Source: Candidatus Omnitrophota bacterium
GTDB taxonomy: Bacteria; Omnitrophota; Gorgyraeia; Gygaellales; Profunditerraquicolaceae
DNA: 64,000 nucleotides
Direction of reading: 5' to 3'
Assembly (NCBI GenBank): GCA_041651035.1
Contig: JBAZKC010000002.1
Location: 201,046 to 265,045 of the forward strand
In this document: positions 1 to 11,003 of the stretch, one piece after another
Numbering within the stretch: position 1 is the stretch's first letter
How the letters are laid out: each line of letters begins with the position of its first letter
Notes under the pieces: generated by a model
Seen by the model: only the letters and a program-made list of their open reading frames with translations
Database searches by the model: none
What the model was told of the DNA's origin: nothing
Translations under genes and position numbers: made by a program

Positions 1-2
1 TC

Positions 3-809
3 CAGGGTGTAACATTAAAGCAGGATATTACTACTTTAGGCCGCGGCGGCTCAGACCTGACCGCGGTAGCCTTGGCCAAAGAGCTATCCGCCAAAGAATG
101 CGAAATATATACCGATGTGGAAGGCATCTATACTGCTGATCCCCGCATAGAACCCAGGGCCAAAAAGATTAAAGAGATCACTTATGACGAAATGCTGGAG
201 ATGGCTTCACTAGGGGCGCAGGTCATGCAGGCGCGCTCCATTGAAGTAGCGAAAAAATTTAACGTGCCTGTGTATGTGCGCTCATCATTTTCCGATAAGC
301 CGGGAACCCTGATCATCAAGGAGGTCAAAAGAATGGAAGACGTGGTTGTAAGTGCCGTAACTTTAAATAGGAGTGAAGCTAAAATTACGATTTGTGATGT
401 TCCTGACCGCCCGGGAGTCGCGGCAACCATATTCCAGGAGCTGGCCGGCGCCGGTATAAATATTGATATGATCGTGCAAAACGTAAGCCATCTACGCCAG
501 ACGGATATATCATTTACCGTGGCTAAATCAGAGGCCTTAAAAACAACAAGGCTTACTAAGAAGGTCGCTACGCGCATCAAAGCAGGAGAAGTGCTGGAAG
601 ACGGGGATATAGCGCGTATTTCCGTAGTCGGTGTAGGCATGAGGGCCCATTCAGGGGTCGCGGCCACCATGTTTGGCACCCTTGCTAAAAACAAGATCAA
701 TATTGAAATGATCTCCACTTCTGATATAAGCATATCCTGTATCATAAAGAATAAGTACGTGGAAGCGGCAGTAAAGGCATTACATGAAAAATTCGGCTTG
801 GGAAAATAA
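3..809 (+). CDS. lysC: Aspartate kinase, C-terminal part; the 5' end lies upstream of the window
   Basis: Reading frame 3 from nt 3 gives ..[17 protein letters not shown].. (the aspartokinase GRGGSD motif), followed by two ACT-like regulatory repeats. The ORF is open to the window edge. Confidence 0.8.
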   Translation, partial: QGVTLKQDITTLGRGGSDLTAVALAKELSAKECEIYTDVEGIYTADPRIEPRAKKIKEITYDEMLEMASLGAQVMQARSIEVAKKFNVPVYVRSSFSDKPGTLIIKEVKRMEDVVVSAVTLNRSEAKITICDVPDRPGVAATIFQELAGAGINIDMIVQNVSHLRQTDISFTVAKSEALKTTRLTKKVATRIKAGEVLEDGDIARISVVGVGMRAHSGVAATMFGTLAKNKINIEMISTSDISISCIIKNKYVEAAVKALHEKFGLGK

Positions 810-823
810 ACAGGGAGGATTAT

Positions 824-2428
824 ATGCCTAAAACCAACTCCCCTATTTCCAGCGGGGTAAAATTATACGATACGACTCTGCGTGACGGCGCGCAAGGGGA
901 AGGTATATCTTATTCTGTTACGGATAAGATCCGGATCGCCCGGGAATTAGACGCGCTGGGCATACATTATATCGAGGGAGGCTGGCCAGGCTCTAATCCC
1001 AAAGACATGGAATTTTATTTAAAGATGGCCAGAAAGCCGCTTAAAAACAGCCAGCTCGTTGGTTTTAGTATGACCCGCCGGCCTCATACTAAAGCCGCGC
1101 AAGACAGCAATATGAAAGCCCTCATAGAATCTAAAGTAGGGACTGTAGCTATTGTGGGAAAAACCTGGGATATGCACGTTAAGGACGTCTTAAAAACAAC
1201 TCTTGATGAAAACCTTAACATGATCAAGGATACCATAGGCTTCCTGGTTTCTAAAGGCCTTACGGTATTTTATGATGCCGAGCATTTCTTTGACGCTTAT
1301 AACGCGAATAAAGAATACAGTTTAAAATGTTTATTAGCCGCTTGCAAAGCCGGCGCTAAAGCTATAGTCTTATGCGATACTAACGGCGGGACGCTTACTT
1401 CAGAGGTCACCAGCGTCATTAAAAAGATCCGGCCGCGGATAAATGCCTGCTTAGGTATCCATTGCCATAACGATGCGGGCCTGGCTGTAGCAAATACTAT
1501 TGCCGCGGTTGAAGCGGGAGCGGGCATGGTCCAGGGTACGATCAACGGTTATGGCGAACGCTGCGGCAATGCCGATCTAATTCCAACCATTGCCAATCTT
1601 AAATTAAAAATGGGTATAGATTGTATCAGCGATGAGCGGTTAAAAGAATTAACCAGCGTATCTCATTTTATCAGCGAAATAAGCAATATGAAGCAGAAAG
1701 ACGACCAGCCTTACACAGGCTTATCCAGTTTCGCGCATAAAGGCGGAATGCACATTAACGCCGTAATGAAGAATTCTAAATCGTACGAACATATCAATCC
1801 AGAGCTTGTAGGGAACCGCCGCAGGGTCCTGGTCTCCGAATTAGCCGGGAAGACCGGAATATTAAGCCGCGCCAAAGACCTGGAATTAGATTTGAGCAGG
1901 GATAATCCTAAAACAAAAAAGATCTTAAAGCTTATACAGGCGCTTGAACATAAAGGATACCATTTCGAAGCGGCAGAAGCATCTTTTGAGCTGCTCATGA
2001 AAAAAGCGTTAAAGAAATATGATAGATTTTTTGAACTAGAGGGTTTCCGCGTGGTGATAGAGAAGCAATCAAACCGGGAAATAACCTCAGAGGCGATCAT
2101 TAAGCTAAAGGTGAAAGGGGTTAAAGAACATACTGCCGCCGAGGGCGATGGCCCGGTTAACGCTTTGGATAATGCCTTGCGCAAAGCATTAAAGGATTTT
2201 TATCCCGCGTTAACCAAGATGCACCTTTCGGATTTTAAAGTGCGCGTGCTGGATGAGAAAACCGGCACTGCCGCCAGAGTGCGCGTGCTTATTCAGTCCC
2301 AGGATGAAACAGATACCTGGAATACTATCGGAGTTTCAGGGAACATCATTGAAGCCAGTTGGCAGGCCTTGGTAGACAGCGTAGAGTACAAACTGTTAAA
2401 AGACCAAAGCAGGCAGCCGCGGTTATAA
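824..2428 (+). CDS. cimA: Citramalate synthase / 2-isopropylmalate synthase family protein (LeuA-like, CimA-type)
   Basis: 534 aa. N-terminus LYDTTLRDGAQGEGISYS and the HxH metal-site region CHNDAGLAVANT are typical of the LeuA/CimA DRE-TIM family. It lies adjacent to aspartokinase. Confidence 0.7.
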   Translation: MPKTNSPISSGVKLYDTTLRDGAQGEGISYSVTDKIRIARELDALGIHYIEGGWPGSNPKDMEFYLKMARKPLKNSQLVGFSMTRRPHTKAAQDSNMKALIESKVGTVAIVGKTWDMHVKDVLKTTLDENLNMIKDTIGFLVSKGLTVFYDAEHFFDAYNANKEYSLKCLLAACKAGAKAIVLCDTNGGTLTSEVTSVIKKIRPRINACLGIHCHNDAGLAVANTIAAVEAGAGMVQGTINGYGERCGNADLIPTIANLKLKMGIDCISDERLKELTSVSHFISEISNMKQKDDQPYTGLSSFAHKGGMHINAVMKNSKSYEHINPELVGNRRRVLVSELAGKTGILSRAKDLELDLSRDNPKTKKILKLIQALEHKGYHFEAAEASFELLMKKALKKYDRFFELEGFRVVIEKQSNREITSEAIIKLKVKGVKEHTAAEGDGPVNALDNALRKALKDFYPALTKMHLSDFKVRVLDEKTGTAARVRVLIQSQDETDTWNTIGVSGNIIEASWQALVDSVEYKLLKDQSRQPRL

Positions 2429-2433
2429 ATTAA

Positions 2434-5148
2434 ATGGATATTCCATCCCGCTATAATCCCAAAGACACAGAAGATAAGTGGTATAAGATCTGGGAAGAAA
2501 AGGATCTTTTCTCCGCGAAGCCCGATCCTGCCAAGAAACCCTTCTCTATAGTTATGCCTCCCCCGAATGTAACCGGGATATTACATATGGGCCATGCCTT
2601 AAACAACACTATTCAGGATATACTTATCCGTTATCACCGCATGAAAGGCGAAAGATCCCTTTGGATGCCGGGAACTGACCATGCCGGTATTGCCACGCAA
2701 AACGTAGTAGAAAGATCAATTGCCAAGGGAGGGCTTAAACGCCAGGATTTAGGCAGAGATAAATTTATCAAGAAGGTATGGGAATGGAAAGAACAATACG
2801 GCTCGACTATTACGCGCCAATTAAGAAAGTTGGGCGCTTCCTGTGACTGGGCAAGGGCCCGGTTTACCATGGACGAAGAATATTCCCGGGCGGTGATTGA
2901 AGTATTTGTAAGGCTTTACGAGAAAGATCTAATATATAGAGGTAATTATATTATTAACTGGTGCCCGCGCTGTCAAACCGCCCTTTCAGATGAAGAAGCT
3001 CCTCATCATGAAATACAGGGCAATTTGTATTATTTAAAGTATCCGCTTAAGCCGGGGCAGTTTCCTATGGGAACAGCTCCTGAATTTATAGTAGTCGCTA
3101 CTACCCGCCCCGAAACAATGCTGGGTGACACCGCTGTAGCGGTCAATCCTAAAGATAAACGTTATAAAAAGCTTGTCGGTAAAATCCTGATTTTGCCTTT
3201 AGTTAATAAAGAAATAAAAATAATCGCGGATAGTATGGTGGATATGGAATTCGGCACCGGCGCGGTCAAGGTAACTCCCGCTCACGACCCCAATGATTAC
3301 GCCTTAGGCAAGAAACACGGCTTGGAGTTTGTAAATGTGCTGGACCCCCGCGGAGGCATGAATGAGAACGCCGGCAATTACAAAGGCCTGGACAGATTTG
3401 AGGCAAGAAAAGTTATCCTAGAGAACCTGGAAGGCAAGGGCCTGCTTGAGAAAATAGAACCTCATACCTTATCCGCCGGACATTGTTACCGCTGCCACAC
3501 TATAATTGAACCGTATTTTTCAGAACAATGGTTTGTAAAGATGCAGCCGCTGGCAAAACCGGCAATAGAAGCGGTCAAAAAAGGAAAGATCAAATTTTTC
3601 CCCAAACGCTGGACTAAAGTTTATCTTAATTGGATGGATAATATCCAGGATTGGTGTATATCCAGGCAGATCTGGTGGGGCCATCGCCTGCCTGTCTACT
3701 ACTGTAAAGATTGTTGTAATCAGGGCAAGAAAGGTATAATTGTATCCCGCCTGAAGCCTGAAAAATGCCCGGATTGCGGTTCAGCGGATATCTATCAGGA
3801 CGCGGATGTCCTGGATACCTGGTTTTCAAGCTGGCTATGGCCTTTTGCCGCGTTTTACTGGCCAGAGGGACTGTCCCTGAAGGCCTGCCTGCCGGCAGGC
3901 AGGGGAGCTGCCCCTAAAGAAGATTTGAAATATTTTTATCCTACCTCGGTCTTAGTGACCGCGCCGGAGATCATTTTCTTTTGGGTCGCGCGCATGATCA
4001 TGGCTGGCATGGAATTTATGAAAGACATCCCCTTTAAGGATGTTTATATCCATGGTACAGTGCGCGATATTGAAGGCAAAAAGATGTCCAAATCTTTAGG
4101 CAATGTTATTGACCCTCTGGACATCATAAATGAATACGGCGTAGACGCGCTGCGCTTCAGCCTTATTTCCATAACCGCCCAGGGCCAGGACATATTCTTA
4201 TCCAAAGAAAGATTCGAGCAGGGAAGGAATTTTGCCAATAAGATCTGGAATGCCTCCAGGTTTATCTTGATGAATCTGGACCAGGGGCTTTCTCTAGAGG
4301 AGGCTGTCCCTAAGGAGAATTCAAACATTATTAATCGCTGGATCTTAAGCCGGCTCCACTCAACCTTAAAAGAAGTAAGTAAGGATCTGGATACCTATAA
4401 ATTTAATGAAGCGGCGAATACACTCTACGGGTTTTTCTGGCATGAATTTTGCGACTGGTACCTGGAAATAATTAAACCGGATATAAAAAATAGGGAAAAC
4501 CAGGCCGTTATGTATACTGTCCTGGAAGAATGCCTAAAACTGCTGCATCCTTTTATGCCTTTTGTCACTGAAGAAATCTGGCAGAGGATACGTGAGCAGG
4601 GAACAGCCCCTGCCGGGGATAGTATCATGATCCAGCCCTGGCCCCATATACAGGCGCGGATGATTGATAAAAAACTGGAAAAACACACGCAATGCCTGTT
4701 TGATGTGATCACGCAGATAAGGAACCTGCGCGGTTCAATAGAGATCAAACCGGAACAAGCAGTTAAAGTCTCTATCTATGCGCATTCTAAGGCCAAACAT
4801 AGCCTGCTTAAGGATAACGCGCGGATAATTGATAACCTTGCCAGGTTGGAAAGCCTGGAATTCCTTGTTTCCAGCCAGAGGCCCGGGGCTACTATCAGCG
4901 CCATAGCAGAAGATATAGATATATACCTGCATTTTACAGGCCTGCTTGATCTTGCCGGGGAACAACATAAGATAGAAGAAAAAATAAGTAACACAGAAAA
5001 AATTATTAGATCTAAGGGGCCCCGGATGGAAAATGCCGAGTTTATCAAAAAGGCGCCAAAAGAGATCATTGATAAAGAAAAGGAAAGCCTGGTTAAGCTA
5101 AACGCTGAGTTGGCCCGCCTTAGAAAGATGGCAGATGAATTACGTTAA
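2434..5148 (+). CDS. valS: Valyl-tRNA synthetase
   Basis: 904 aa. HMGH (HIGH-type) motif PNVTGILHMGHAL, KMSKS motif KMSKSLGNVIDP, and a C-terminal coiled coil. It carries a 14-18 aa in-frame insertion at aa 478-496 (see findings). Confidence 0.95.
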   Translation: MDIPSRYNPKDTEDKWYKIWEEKDLFSAKPDPAKKPFSIVMPPPNVTGILHMGHALNNTIQDILIRYHRMKGERSLWMPGTDHAGIATQNVVERSIAKGGLKRQDLGRDKFIKKVWEWKEQYGSTITRQLRKLGASCDWARARFTMDEEYSRAVIEVFVRLYEKDLIYRGNYIINWCPRCQTALSDEEAPHHEIQGNLYYLKYPLKPGQFPMGTAPEFIVVATTRPETMLGDTAVAVNPKDKRYKKLVGKILILPLVNKEIKIIADSMVDMEFGTGAVKVTPAHDPNDYALGKKHGLEFVNVLDPRGGMNENAGNYKGLDRFEARKVILENLEGKGLLEKIEPHTLSAGHCYRCHTIIEPYFSEQWFVKMQPLAKPAIEAVKKGKIKFFPKRWTKVYLNWMDNIQDWCISRQIWWGHRLPVYYCKDCCNQGKKGIIVSRLKPEKCPDCGSADIYQDADVLDTWFSSWLWPFAAFYWPEGLSLKACLPAGRGAAPKEDLKYFYPTSVLVTAPEIIFFWVARMIMAGMEFMKDIPFKDVYIHGTVRDIEGKKMSKSLGNVIDPLDIINEYGVDALRFSLISITAQGQDIFLSKERFEQGRNFANKIWNASRFILMNLDQGLSLEEAVPKENSNIINRWILSRLHSTLKEVSKDLDTYKFNEAANTLYGFFWHEFCDWYLEIIKPDIKNRENQAVMYTVLEECLKLLHPFMPFVTEEIWQRIREQGTAPAGDSIMIQPWPHIQARMIDKKLEKHTQCLFDVITQIRNLRGSIEIKPEQAVKVSIYAHSKAKHSLLKDNARIIDNLARLESLEFLVSSQRPGATISAIAEDIDIYLHFTGLLDLAGEQHKIEEKISNTEKIIRSKGPRMENAEFIKKAPKEIIDKEKESLVKLNAELARLRKMADELR

Positions 5149-5962
5149 AAAAACACAATTAGAAAAGATTGTAAAAAGCGCCCTTAGAGAAGATACCGGC
5201 AAGAAGGACATTACCACTGAATTGATCATCCCGGAAAATAAATCTGTAAAAGCCGTCCTTCTGGCAAAAGAAGATTGCCTGATCTGCGGCTTAGAAGTGG
5301 CTTTGCTTGTATTCAAGGCGCAGGACAAAAACATTAAATTTAAACCCCTGGTCCAGGAAGGCAGCCTTATAAAAAAGGGTAAGATCATCGCTTATGTTTC
5401 CGGAAAAGCTAAAAACATACTAGCCGCGGAAAGAGTGGCGTTAAATTTCTTAAGCCTGCTTTCCGGTATCGCCACCACTACCAGAAAATACGTAAAGGCG
5501 GTTAAGCCGTTTGAGGTAAAGATCCTGGACACACGCAAAACTATTCCCGGTTTAAGGCTCTTAGAGAAATACGCGGTAAGGACCGGCGGAGGGTTTAATC
5601 ACAGGTTAAGCCTGGATGAAATGGTGCTTGTCAAAGATAATCATCTAAAAGTAATAGGGGGCCTTAAGAAACTGCCTAAAACAAAAACAAGCTATAAAGT
5701 AGAGATAGAAGTAAAAAGCCTCAAGGAATTTAAAGGCGCGCTTGGGCTTAAGCCGGATATCATTATGCTGGATAATATGAATATCGAAACCATAAAGAAA
5801 GCGGCAAAGATCAGGGGCTGCCTGCCGCTTAAACTAGAAGTCTCAGGCGGCATTACTTTAAAGAATGTCAAAAGAGCTGCTTCCACCGGAGTAGATATGA
5901 TCTCCATCGGAGCCTTAACCCATTCCGTAAATTCAGTTGATATGAGCCTGGAAATTTTATAA
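5135..5962 (+). CDS. nadC: Nicotinate-nucleotide pyrophosphorylase (quinolinate phosphoribosyltransferase)
   Basis: 275 aa. AERVALNFLSLLSGIATTT and the C-terminal TIM-barrel part are typical of NadC. It overlaps the valS stop by 14 nt. Confidence 0.85.
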   Translation: MNYVKKTQLEKIVKSALREDTGKKDITTELIIPENKSVKAVLLAKEDCLICGLEVALLVFKAQDKNIKFKPLVQEGSLIKKGKIIAYVSGKAKNILAAERVALNFLSLLSGIATTTRKYVKAVKPFEVKILDTRKTIPGLRLLEKYAVRTGGGFNHRLSLDEMVLVKDNHLKVIGGLKKLPKTKTSYKVEIEVKSLKEFKGALGLKPDIIMLDNMNIETIKKAAKIRGCLPLKLEVSGGITLKNVKRAASTGVDMISIGALTHSVNSVDMSLEIL

Positions 5963-5965
5963 TTT

Positions 5966-7996
5966 ATGGAAAAGTTTAAACTGGTTTCGTCTTATGAGCC
6001 CTGCGGAGACCAGCCTAAAGCAATCAAGGAGCTGACTGAAACACTTTTCTCAGGCAACAGGTTCCAGACTCTTCTGGGGGTTACCGGAAGCGGAAAAACC
6101 TACACCCTTGCCAATGTTATCGCTAAATTAAACCTGCCGACTTTGGTGATCTCGCATAATAAAACTTTAGCCGCCCAGCTGTATTCAGAATTTAAAGAGT
6201 TTTTCCCGCATAACGCGGTGGAGTATTTTGTCAGCTACTACGATTATTACCAACCGGAAGCTTATATACCCTCAACAGATACTTATATAGAGAAAGATTC
6301 CGCCATCAATGACAGGCTGGACCGCTTAAGGCTTTCCGCGACGAGTTCGCTTATGTCGCGCAATGACTGCCTGATCGTCGCTTCCGTTTCCTGTATTTAT
6401 AATCTCGGCAGCCCCCAGGATTACCGCGGGTCGCTGGTCCTTATTAAGAAGGCACAGAACGTTTCCCGCGATGAGTTGATCTCGAGTCTTATTCAGATAC
6501 AATACGAAAGGAATGATCATGAATTTATACGCGGAAGGCTGCGGGTCAGAGGGGATGTGCTGGAGATCTTTCCTTCTTATCAGGAAAAAGGCTTACGCGT
6601 AGAATTTCTTGGCGATAAAATAGAACGGATCAGCGAGATAAATCCAGTATCGGGAGAAATCTTAAATACCCTGGAGAAAACAGCGGTATATCCGGCCAAG
6701 CATTTTACTGTTTCTCAAGATAAGATCGACGCGGCTATGGAATCTATAGAAAAGGAGTTGAAAGGCAGGGTTAAGGCCCTAACGAGTAAGAATAAGTTAT
6801 TGGAAGCCCAAAGGCTCAATACGCGCACGCGTTATGATATGGAAATGTTAAAAGAAATCGGTTATTGCCACGGAATTGAGAATTATTCCCGGCATCTTTC
6901 CGGAAGGCCCTCCGGTTTCAGGCCCTATTGCCTGATTGATTATTTCCCGCGGGATTTCTTGACCATAATCGACGAGTCACACGTGACTATCCCCCAAATA
7001 AGGGGTATGTATGAAGGTGACCGCGCCAGAAAAGAGGTTTTAACAGAATATGGATTCAGGCTCCCGTCATGTCTGGATAACCGCCCCTTAAAGTTTGATG
7101 AATTCAATGAACTTATAAAACAGGCGGTCTATGTCTCGGCAACGCCTAATGAATACGAAATTAAGCAGAGCAAAAAGAAAATAATTGAGCAGATAATCAG
7201 GCCTACAGGGTTAGTTGACCCCCAGATAATCATTAAACCTACCACGGGACAGATAGAAGACCTCATAAAAGAAGTCAAAGAACGCGCCAAGAAAAATGAA
7301 CGGGTTTTGGCGACCACCTTAACTAAACGCCTGGCAGAAGACCTAACAAGTTATTTACAGGAGAAGGGATTAAGGGTAAAATATCTACACTCTGAAATAA
7401 AGACCATCCAGCGTTCCAGCATCTTAAGGGCTTTAAGAAAAAGAGAGTTTGACTGCCTTATAGGGATAAACCTGTTAAGGGAAGGATTGGATCTGCCCGA
7501 AGTATCTTTAGTCGCGATACTTGATGCCGATAAAGAGGGGTTTTTACGTTCCGCTACTTCCTTGATCCAGGTTTCAGGCCGCGCGGCCCGTAATATAAAC
7601 GGAACGGTAATTATGTACGCGGATACCGTAACCGGCTCAATGAAAAAAGCGATCACTGAAAGCAACCGCCGCAGAATAATGCAAATGGAGTTTAATAAAA
7701 ATAATGGGATTACCCCGCGCTCTATTCAAAAGGCAATAAGGGAAGGGATAGAGGATTTGCAGGAATCAGAAGAATTCCTGGCTAACTTGACCGGGCAGGA
7801 GAAAGATGAATACGAATTAAACAAATATATTTCGGAATTAGAATACGAAATGGAATTAGCGGCAAGAAATTTACAATTTGAAAAGGCAGCGCTCATCAGA
7901 GACGAAATAAAAAAATTCAGGGACACCCAACTTGCCAAAGCTAAGCCTGCCTGCCGGCAGGCAGGGGTGTCCCCAGGAGTTAAGAAATGCTATTAG
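5966..7996 (+). CDS. uvrB: Excinuclease ABC subunit B
   Basis: 676 aa. Walker A GVTGSGKT, helicase motifs and the C-terminal UvrC-interaction coiled coil ([13 protein letters not shown]). It has a 20-aa C-terminal extension encoded by a palindromic repeat. Confidence 0.95.
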   Translation: MEKFKLVSSYEPCGDQPKAIKELTETLFSGNRFQTLLGVTGSGKTYTLANVIAKLNLPTLVISHNKTLAAQLYSEFKEFFPHNAVEYFVSYYDYYQPEAYIPSTDTYIEKDSAINDRLDRLRLSATSSLMSRNDCLIVASVSCIYNLGSPQDYRGSLVLIKKAQNVSRDELISSLIQIQYERNDHEFIRGRLRVRGDVLEIFPSYQEKGLRVEFLGDKIERISEINPVSGEILNTLEKTAVYPAKHFTVSQDKIDAAMESIEKELKGRVKALTSKNKLLEAQRLNTRTRYDMEMLKEIGYCHGIENYSRHLSGRPSGFRPYCLIDYFPRDFLTIIDESHVTIPQIRGMYEGDRARKEVLTEYGFRLPSCLDNRPLKFDEFNELIKQAVYVSATPNEYEIKQSKKKIIEQIIRPTGLVDPQIIIKPTTGQIEDLIKEVKERAKKNERVLATTLTKRLAEDLTSYLQEKGLRVKYLHSEIKTIQRSSILRALRKREFDCLIGINLLREGLDLPEVSLVAILDADKEGFLRSATSLIQVSGRAARNINGTVIMYADTVTGSMKKAITESNRRRIMQMEFNKNNGITPRSIQKAIREGIEDLQESEEFLANLTGQEKDEYELNKYISELEYEMELAARNLQFEKAALIRDEIKKFRDTQLAKAKPACRQAGVSPGVKKCY

Positions 7997-8730
7997 CTAT
8001 AGACATAGGCAATACCAATATCAGCTTTGGGATATTCAAAGCTATGAGGATCATAAAAAAGTTTGAGATCCCCACAAAATACTACAGCTTAAAAAAACTA
8101 AAGAAAAAGCTGCTTAATGCCAATATAGATGATACTCTCATCTGCAGCGTTGTGCCTAAGGCCTCTAAGGCCCTAAAAAGAGACCTGGAAAAACTATTAG
8201 GTAAGCAGCCCCTTATTATAGGTAAGGATATAGAGGTGCCCATAAAGAACCTTTACCGTAAGCCCGAACAGGTTGGGCAGGACCGGCTGGTCAATGCCTA
8301 CGCGGGAGTCCTGCTTTATAAAACCCCTTTAATTATTATCGATTTTGGCACTGCCGTAACTTTTGATGTTATATCCAAGAATAAAGAATACCTGGGGGGC
8401 ATGATCTTGCCGGGCCTTAAGGCCTCATTAGAGGCGCTCGCGGAGAAGACCGCGTTATTGCCCAAGATAAAATTAAACAAGCCTAAGGAGTTTATCGGCA
8501 GGGATACACAAAGCAGCATGCTTAGCGGTATAATTTATGGCTTTTCCGCCTTAACTGATGAACTGATCAAACAGATAAAGAAAAAAATAGGCAGGAATAC
8601 GCTGGCTATCGGCACCGGCGGCAATATCAGCCTGATTGGAAGGCACTGCAAAAGACTCGACGGGATAAACGCGGATTTAACGCTTACAGGTTTGAGCTTA
8701 ATCTACGAATCGCAGAGACTCTGCCGGTAA
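7987..8730 (+). CDS. coaX: Type III pantothenate kinase
   Basis: 247 aa. N-terminus [17 protein letters not shown] and the ASKHA fold motifs. The start overlaps the uvrB end by 10 nt. Confidence 0.85.
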   Translation: MLLAIDIGNTNISFGIFKAMRIIKKFEIPTKYYSLKKLKKKLLNANIDDTLICSVVPKASKALKRDLEKLLGKQPLIIGKDIEVPIKNLYRKPEQVGQDRLVNAYAGVLLYKTPLIIIDFGTAVTFDVISKNKEYLGGMILPGLKASLEALAEKTALLPKIKLNKPKEFIGRDTQSSMLSGIIYGFSALTDELIKQIKKKIGRNTLAIGTGGNISLIGRHCKRLDGINADLTLTGLSLIYESQRLCR

Positions 8731-8795
8731 GGATTCCTGAAGCATCCCGCGCAGTTACTTTCTATGTTCAGGATGCGCTTCGATTAAAAAACTTC

Positions 8796-8823
8796 TTGAC
8801 AAGATTTTTTTTTGAATTATAAT
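8796..8823 (+). promoter_or_regulatory. Sigma-70-type promoter of the groES-groEL operon: TTGACA, 16-nt spacer, TATAAT
   Basis: TTGACA at 8796-8801 and TATAAT at 8818-8823, read directly from the sequence. The -10 hexamer abuts the CIRCE element. Confidence 0.7.
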
Positions 8824-8849
8824 TAGCACTCTGAAAAAGAGAGTGCTAA
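8823..8849 (+). promoter_or_regulatory. CIRCE operator (HrcA binding site): TTAGCACTC-N9-GAGTGCTAA
   Basis: Perfect match to the CIRCE consensus, 35 nt upstream of the groES ATG. Confidence 0.9.
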
Positions 8850-8883
8850 TTTAGTTCATACTAACAAAAGGGAGGCAGGAAGA

Positions 8884-9174
8884 ATGGATATCAAACCATT
8901 AGGTGACCGTGTGGTTGTCAAGCCTTTAGAGGCGGAATCAAAGACAAAAGGTGGCATATTATTGCCGGATACAGCTAAAGAGAAACCCCAGGAGGGTAAG
9001 GTTGTTGCCGTAGGTAAAGGCAAGGTTTTAGAAAATGGCTCTGTGCAGCAGCCAGAAGTAAAAATAGGCGACAAGGTATTATACGGGAAATATTCTGGCA
9101 ACGAAATTACGACCAAGGAAGGCGAAGAGCTGTTGATTATGCGCGAAGAAGATATCTTGGCAATAATTAAGTAA
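8884..9174 (+). CDS. groES: Co-chaperonin GroES
   Basis: 96 aa with typical GroES sequence ([26 protein letters not shown]). Confidence 0.95.
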   Translation: MDIKPLGDRVVVKPLEAESKTKGGILLPDTAKEKPQEGKVVAVGKGKVLENGSVQQPEVKIGDKVLYGKYSGNEITTKEGEELLIMREEDILAIIK

Positions 9175-9220
9175 TAACACAGGTAACTAGTAAATTAAGA
9201 GTTTATTAAAAGGAGGAAGT

Positions 9221-10876
9221 ATGGCAAAGCAATTGTTATTCAGGGATGAAGGCCGCAGGAAGATCTTAAGCGGTGTTGAGCAGTTAGCCGCGGCGGTCAA
9301 GGTAACATTAGGGCCCAAGGGCCGCAATGTGGTCATTGACAAGAAGTTCGGGTCGCCTACCATAACCAAAGACGGCGTTACAGTAGCTAAAGAAATAGAC
9401 TTGGAAGATCCGTTTGAGAATATGGGCGCGCAGATGGTAAAAGAAGTCGCGGAAAAAACCTCTGACATAGCTGGTGACGGCACCACAACAGCGACAATTC
9501 TGGCAGAAGCAATTTACCGCGAAGGTTTAAAGAACGTGACCGCGGGATCAAACCCGATGGCTTTAAAACGGGGAATTGAAAAGGCCGTAGAGAAGGTAGT
9601 TGAAGAGTTAAAAAAACTTTCCAAGCCCATTAACTTGGCTGAGAAGAAAGAAGTAGCGCAAGTTGCCTGTATTGCCGCTAACGGCGATCATAATATAGGT
9701 GATTTGATCGCGGAAGCAATGACCAAGGTTGGTAAAGACGGAGTTATTACGGTTGAAGAGGCAAAATCAACGGCCACTACGCTTGAGTTGGTAGAAGGTA
9801 TGCAGTTTGACCAGGGTTACCTCTCGCCTTACTTTGTTACTGACGCGGAGAGAATGGAAGTAATAATGGAAGATGCTTACATCCTTATCCATGAGAAGAA
9901 GATCTCTTCTTTAAAGGACCTATTGCCCTTATTGGAGAAGATCGCCCGCACCGGAAAACCACTTTTGATTTTAGCTGAAGAGGTTGAAGGCGAGGCGCTG
10001 GCGACATTAGTAGTTAACAAGATCCGCGGCACGCTCACAACCTGCGCTGTGAAAGCGCCCGGTTATGGAGATAGACGCAAGGCAATGCTTGAGGATATCG
10101 CGATCCTCACCGGAGGCAAAGCCATAACCGAAGATCTGGGTATTAAGCTGGAGAACGTGGATATCGAAGATCTAGGCCGCGCCAAAAGAGTAAAGATCGA
10201 CAAAGAAAATACCACCATTGTCGAAGGCGCCGGCAAGAGCCAGGCCCTTAACGCGAGGATTGCCCAGATTAAGAAACAAGTTGATGATACCGATTCAGAT
10301 TATGATAAAGAAAAGCTTCAGGAGCGCTTGGCAAAACTGGCAGGCGGCGTCGCGGTAATTAACGTAGGCGCGGCAACTGAAACCGAAATGAAAGAAAAGA
10401 AGGCTCGTGTTGAAGACGCGCTTCATGCGACTCGCGCCGCGGTCGAGGAAGGGATAATTCCCGGAGGCGGTGTGGGGTTATTGCGTACAATACCTGCATT
10501 AGATAAACTAAAGCTTGAGTCCGATGAGAAGATCGGAGTTGAGATCGTAAAGCGTTCCTTAGAGGAACCGATCAGGCAACTAGCTGATAATGCCGGATTA
10601 GAAGGCTCAGTGGTTGTGCAGCAAGTAAAGCAAGAAAAAACCAACGTAGGTTATGATGTAGCTCAAGACGCCTACGTGGATATGATTGCTGCCGGCGTAA
10701 TTGATCCTACCAAGGTTACGCGTTCAGCTTTACAAAATGCCGCAAGCATTGCCGCATTACTGCTGACAACTGAGGCGCTCATTACAGATAAACCCGAGAA
10801 GGACTCACCTATGCCTATGCCTCCAGGTGGAATGGGAGGAATGGGTGGAATGGGAGGAATGGGCGGCGGGTATTAA
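9221..10876 (+). CDS. groEL: Chaperonin GroEL
   Basis: 551 aa. AAKEVAE... and DGTTTATIL motifs, with the C-terminal GGM repeat tail. Confidence 0.97.
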   Translation: MAKQLLFRDEGRRKILSGVEQLAAAVKVTLGPKGRNVVIDKKFGSPTITKDGVTVAKEIDLEDPFENMGAQMVKEVAEKTSDIAGDGTTTATILAEAIYREGLKNVTAGSNPMALKRGIEKAVEKVVEELKKLSKPINLAEKKEVAQVACIAANGDHNIGDLIAEAMTKVGKDGVITVEEAKSTATTLELVEGMQFDQGYLSPYFVTDAERMEVIMEDAYILIHEKKISSLKDLLPLLEKIARTGKPLLILAEEVEGEALATLVVNKIRGTLTTCAVKAPGYGDRRKAMLEDIAILTGGKAITEDLGIKLENVDIEDLGRAKRVKIDKENTTIVEGAGKSQALNARIAQIKKQVDDTDSDYDKEKLQERLAKLAGGVAVINVGAATETEMKEKKARVEDALHATRAAVEEGIIPGGGVGLLRTIPALDKLKLESDEKIGVEIVKRSLEEPIRQLADNAGLEGSVVVQQVKQEKTNVGYDVAQDAYVDMIAAGVIDPTKVTRSALQNAASIAALLLTTEALITDKPEKDSPMPMPPGGMGGMGGMGGMGGGY

Positions 10877-10904
10877 GAACTAGCAGAAAATCGTAAGTCG
10901 TAAG

Positions 10905-10940
10905 CAAAGGGGCGGAGTGAATAACTTCGCCCCTTTTTTA
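10905..10940 (+). terminator. Rho-independent terminator downstream of groEL
   Basis: AAGGGGCG ... CGCCCCTT stem followed by a T-run (TTTTTTA). Confidence 0.7.
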
Positions 10941-10975
10941 ATCCTGTTTTGGCTTAAAAAAACAATGAAAAAAAC

Positions 10976-11003
10976 TTGACAAATAGATTTTATATGTTAT
11001 ATT
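10976..11003 (+). promoter_or_regulatory. Putative promoter of the giant gene: TTGACA, 16-nt spacer, extended -10 TGtTATATT
   Basis: TTGACA at 10976-10981 and TGTTATATT at 10995-11003. It is followed by a leader of about 130 nt containing a repeated TTTCTAAAAG motif and a hairpin plus T7 tract. Confidence 0.5.

Noticed and set aside
182-745. 187-aa minus-strand ORF inside the aspartokinase gene. Similar antisense ORFs lie inside other large genes, for example 15864..16598 (-) in the giant gene, 26684..27160 (-) in phoH, 31182..31781 (-) in polX and 41449..41925 (-) in ppdK.
   Set aside because: They are fully embedded antisense to genes with strong motif-level identity. They have no RBS and no recognisable motifs, and their composition is serine- and leucine-rich, typical of shadow frames.
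10800-10876. Tandem GGAATGGG(A/T)GGAATGGG repeat at the groEL 3' end
   Set aside because: It encodes the well-known GGM C-terminal tail of GroEL. It is not an independent repeat element.
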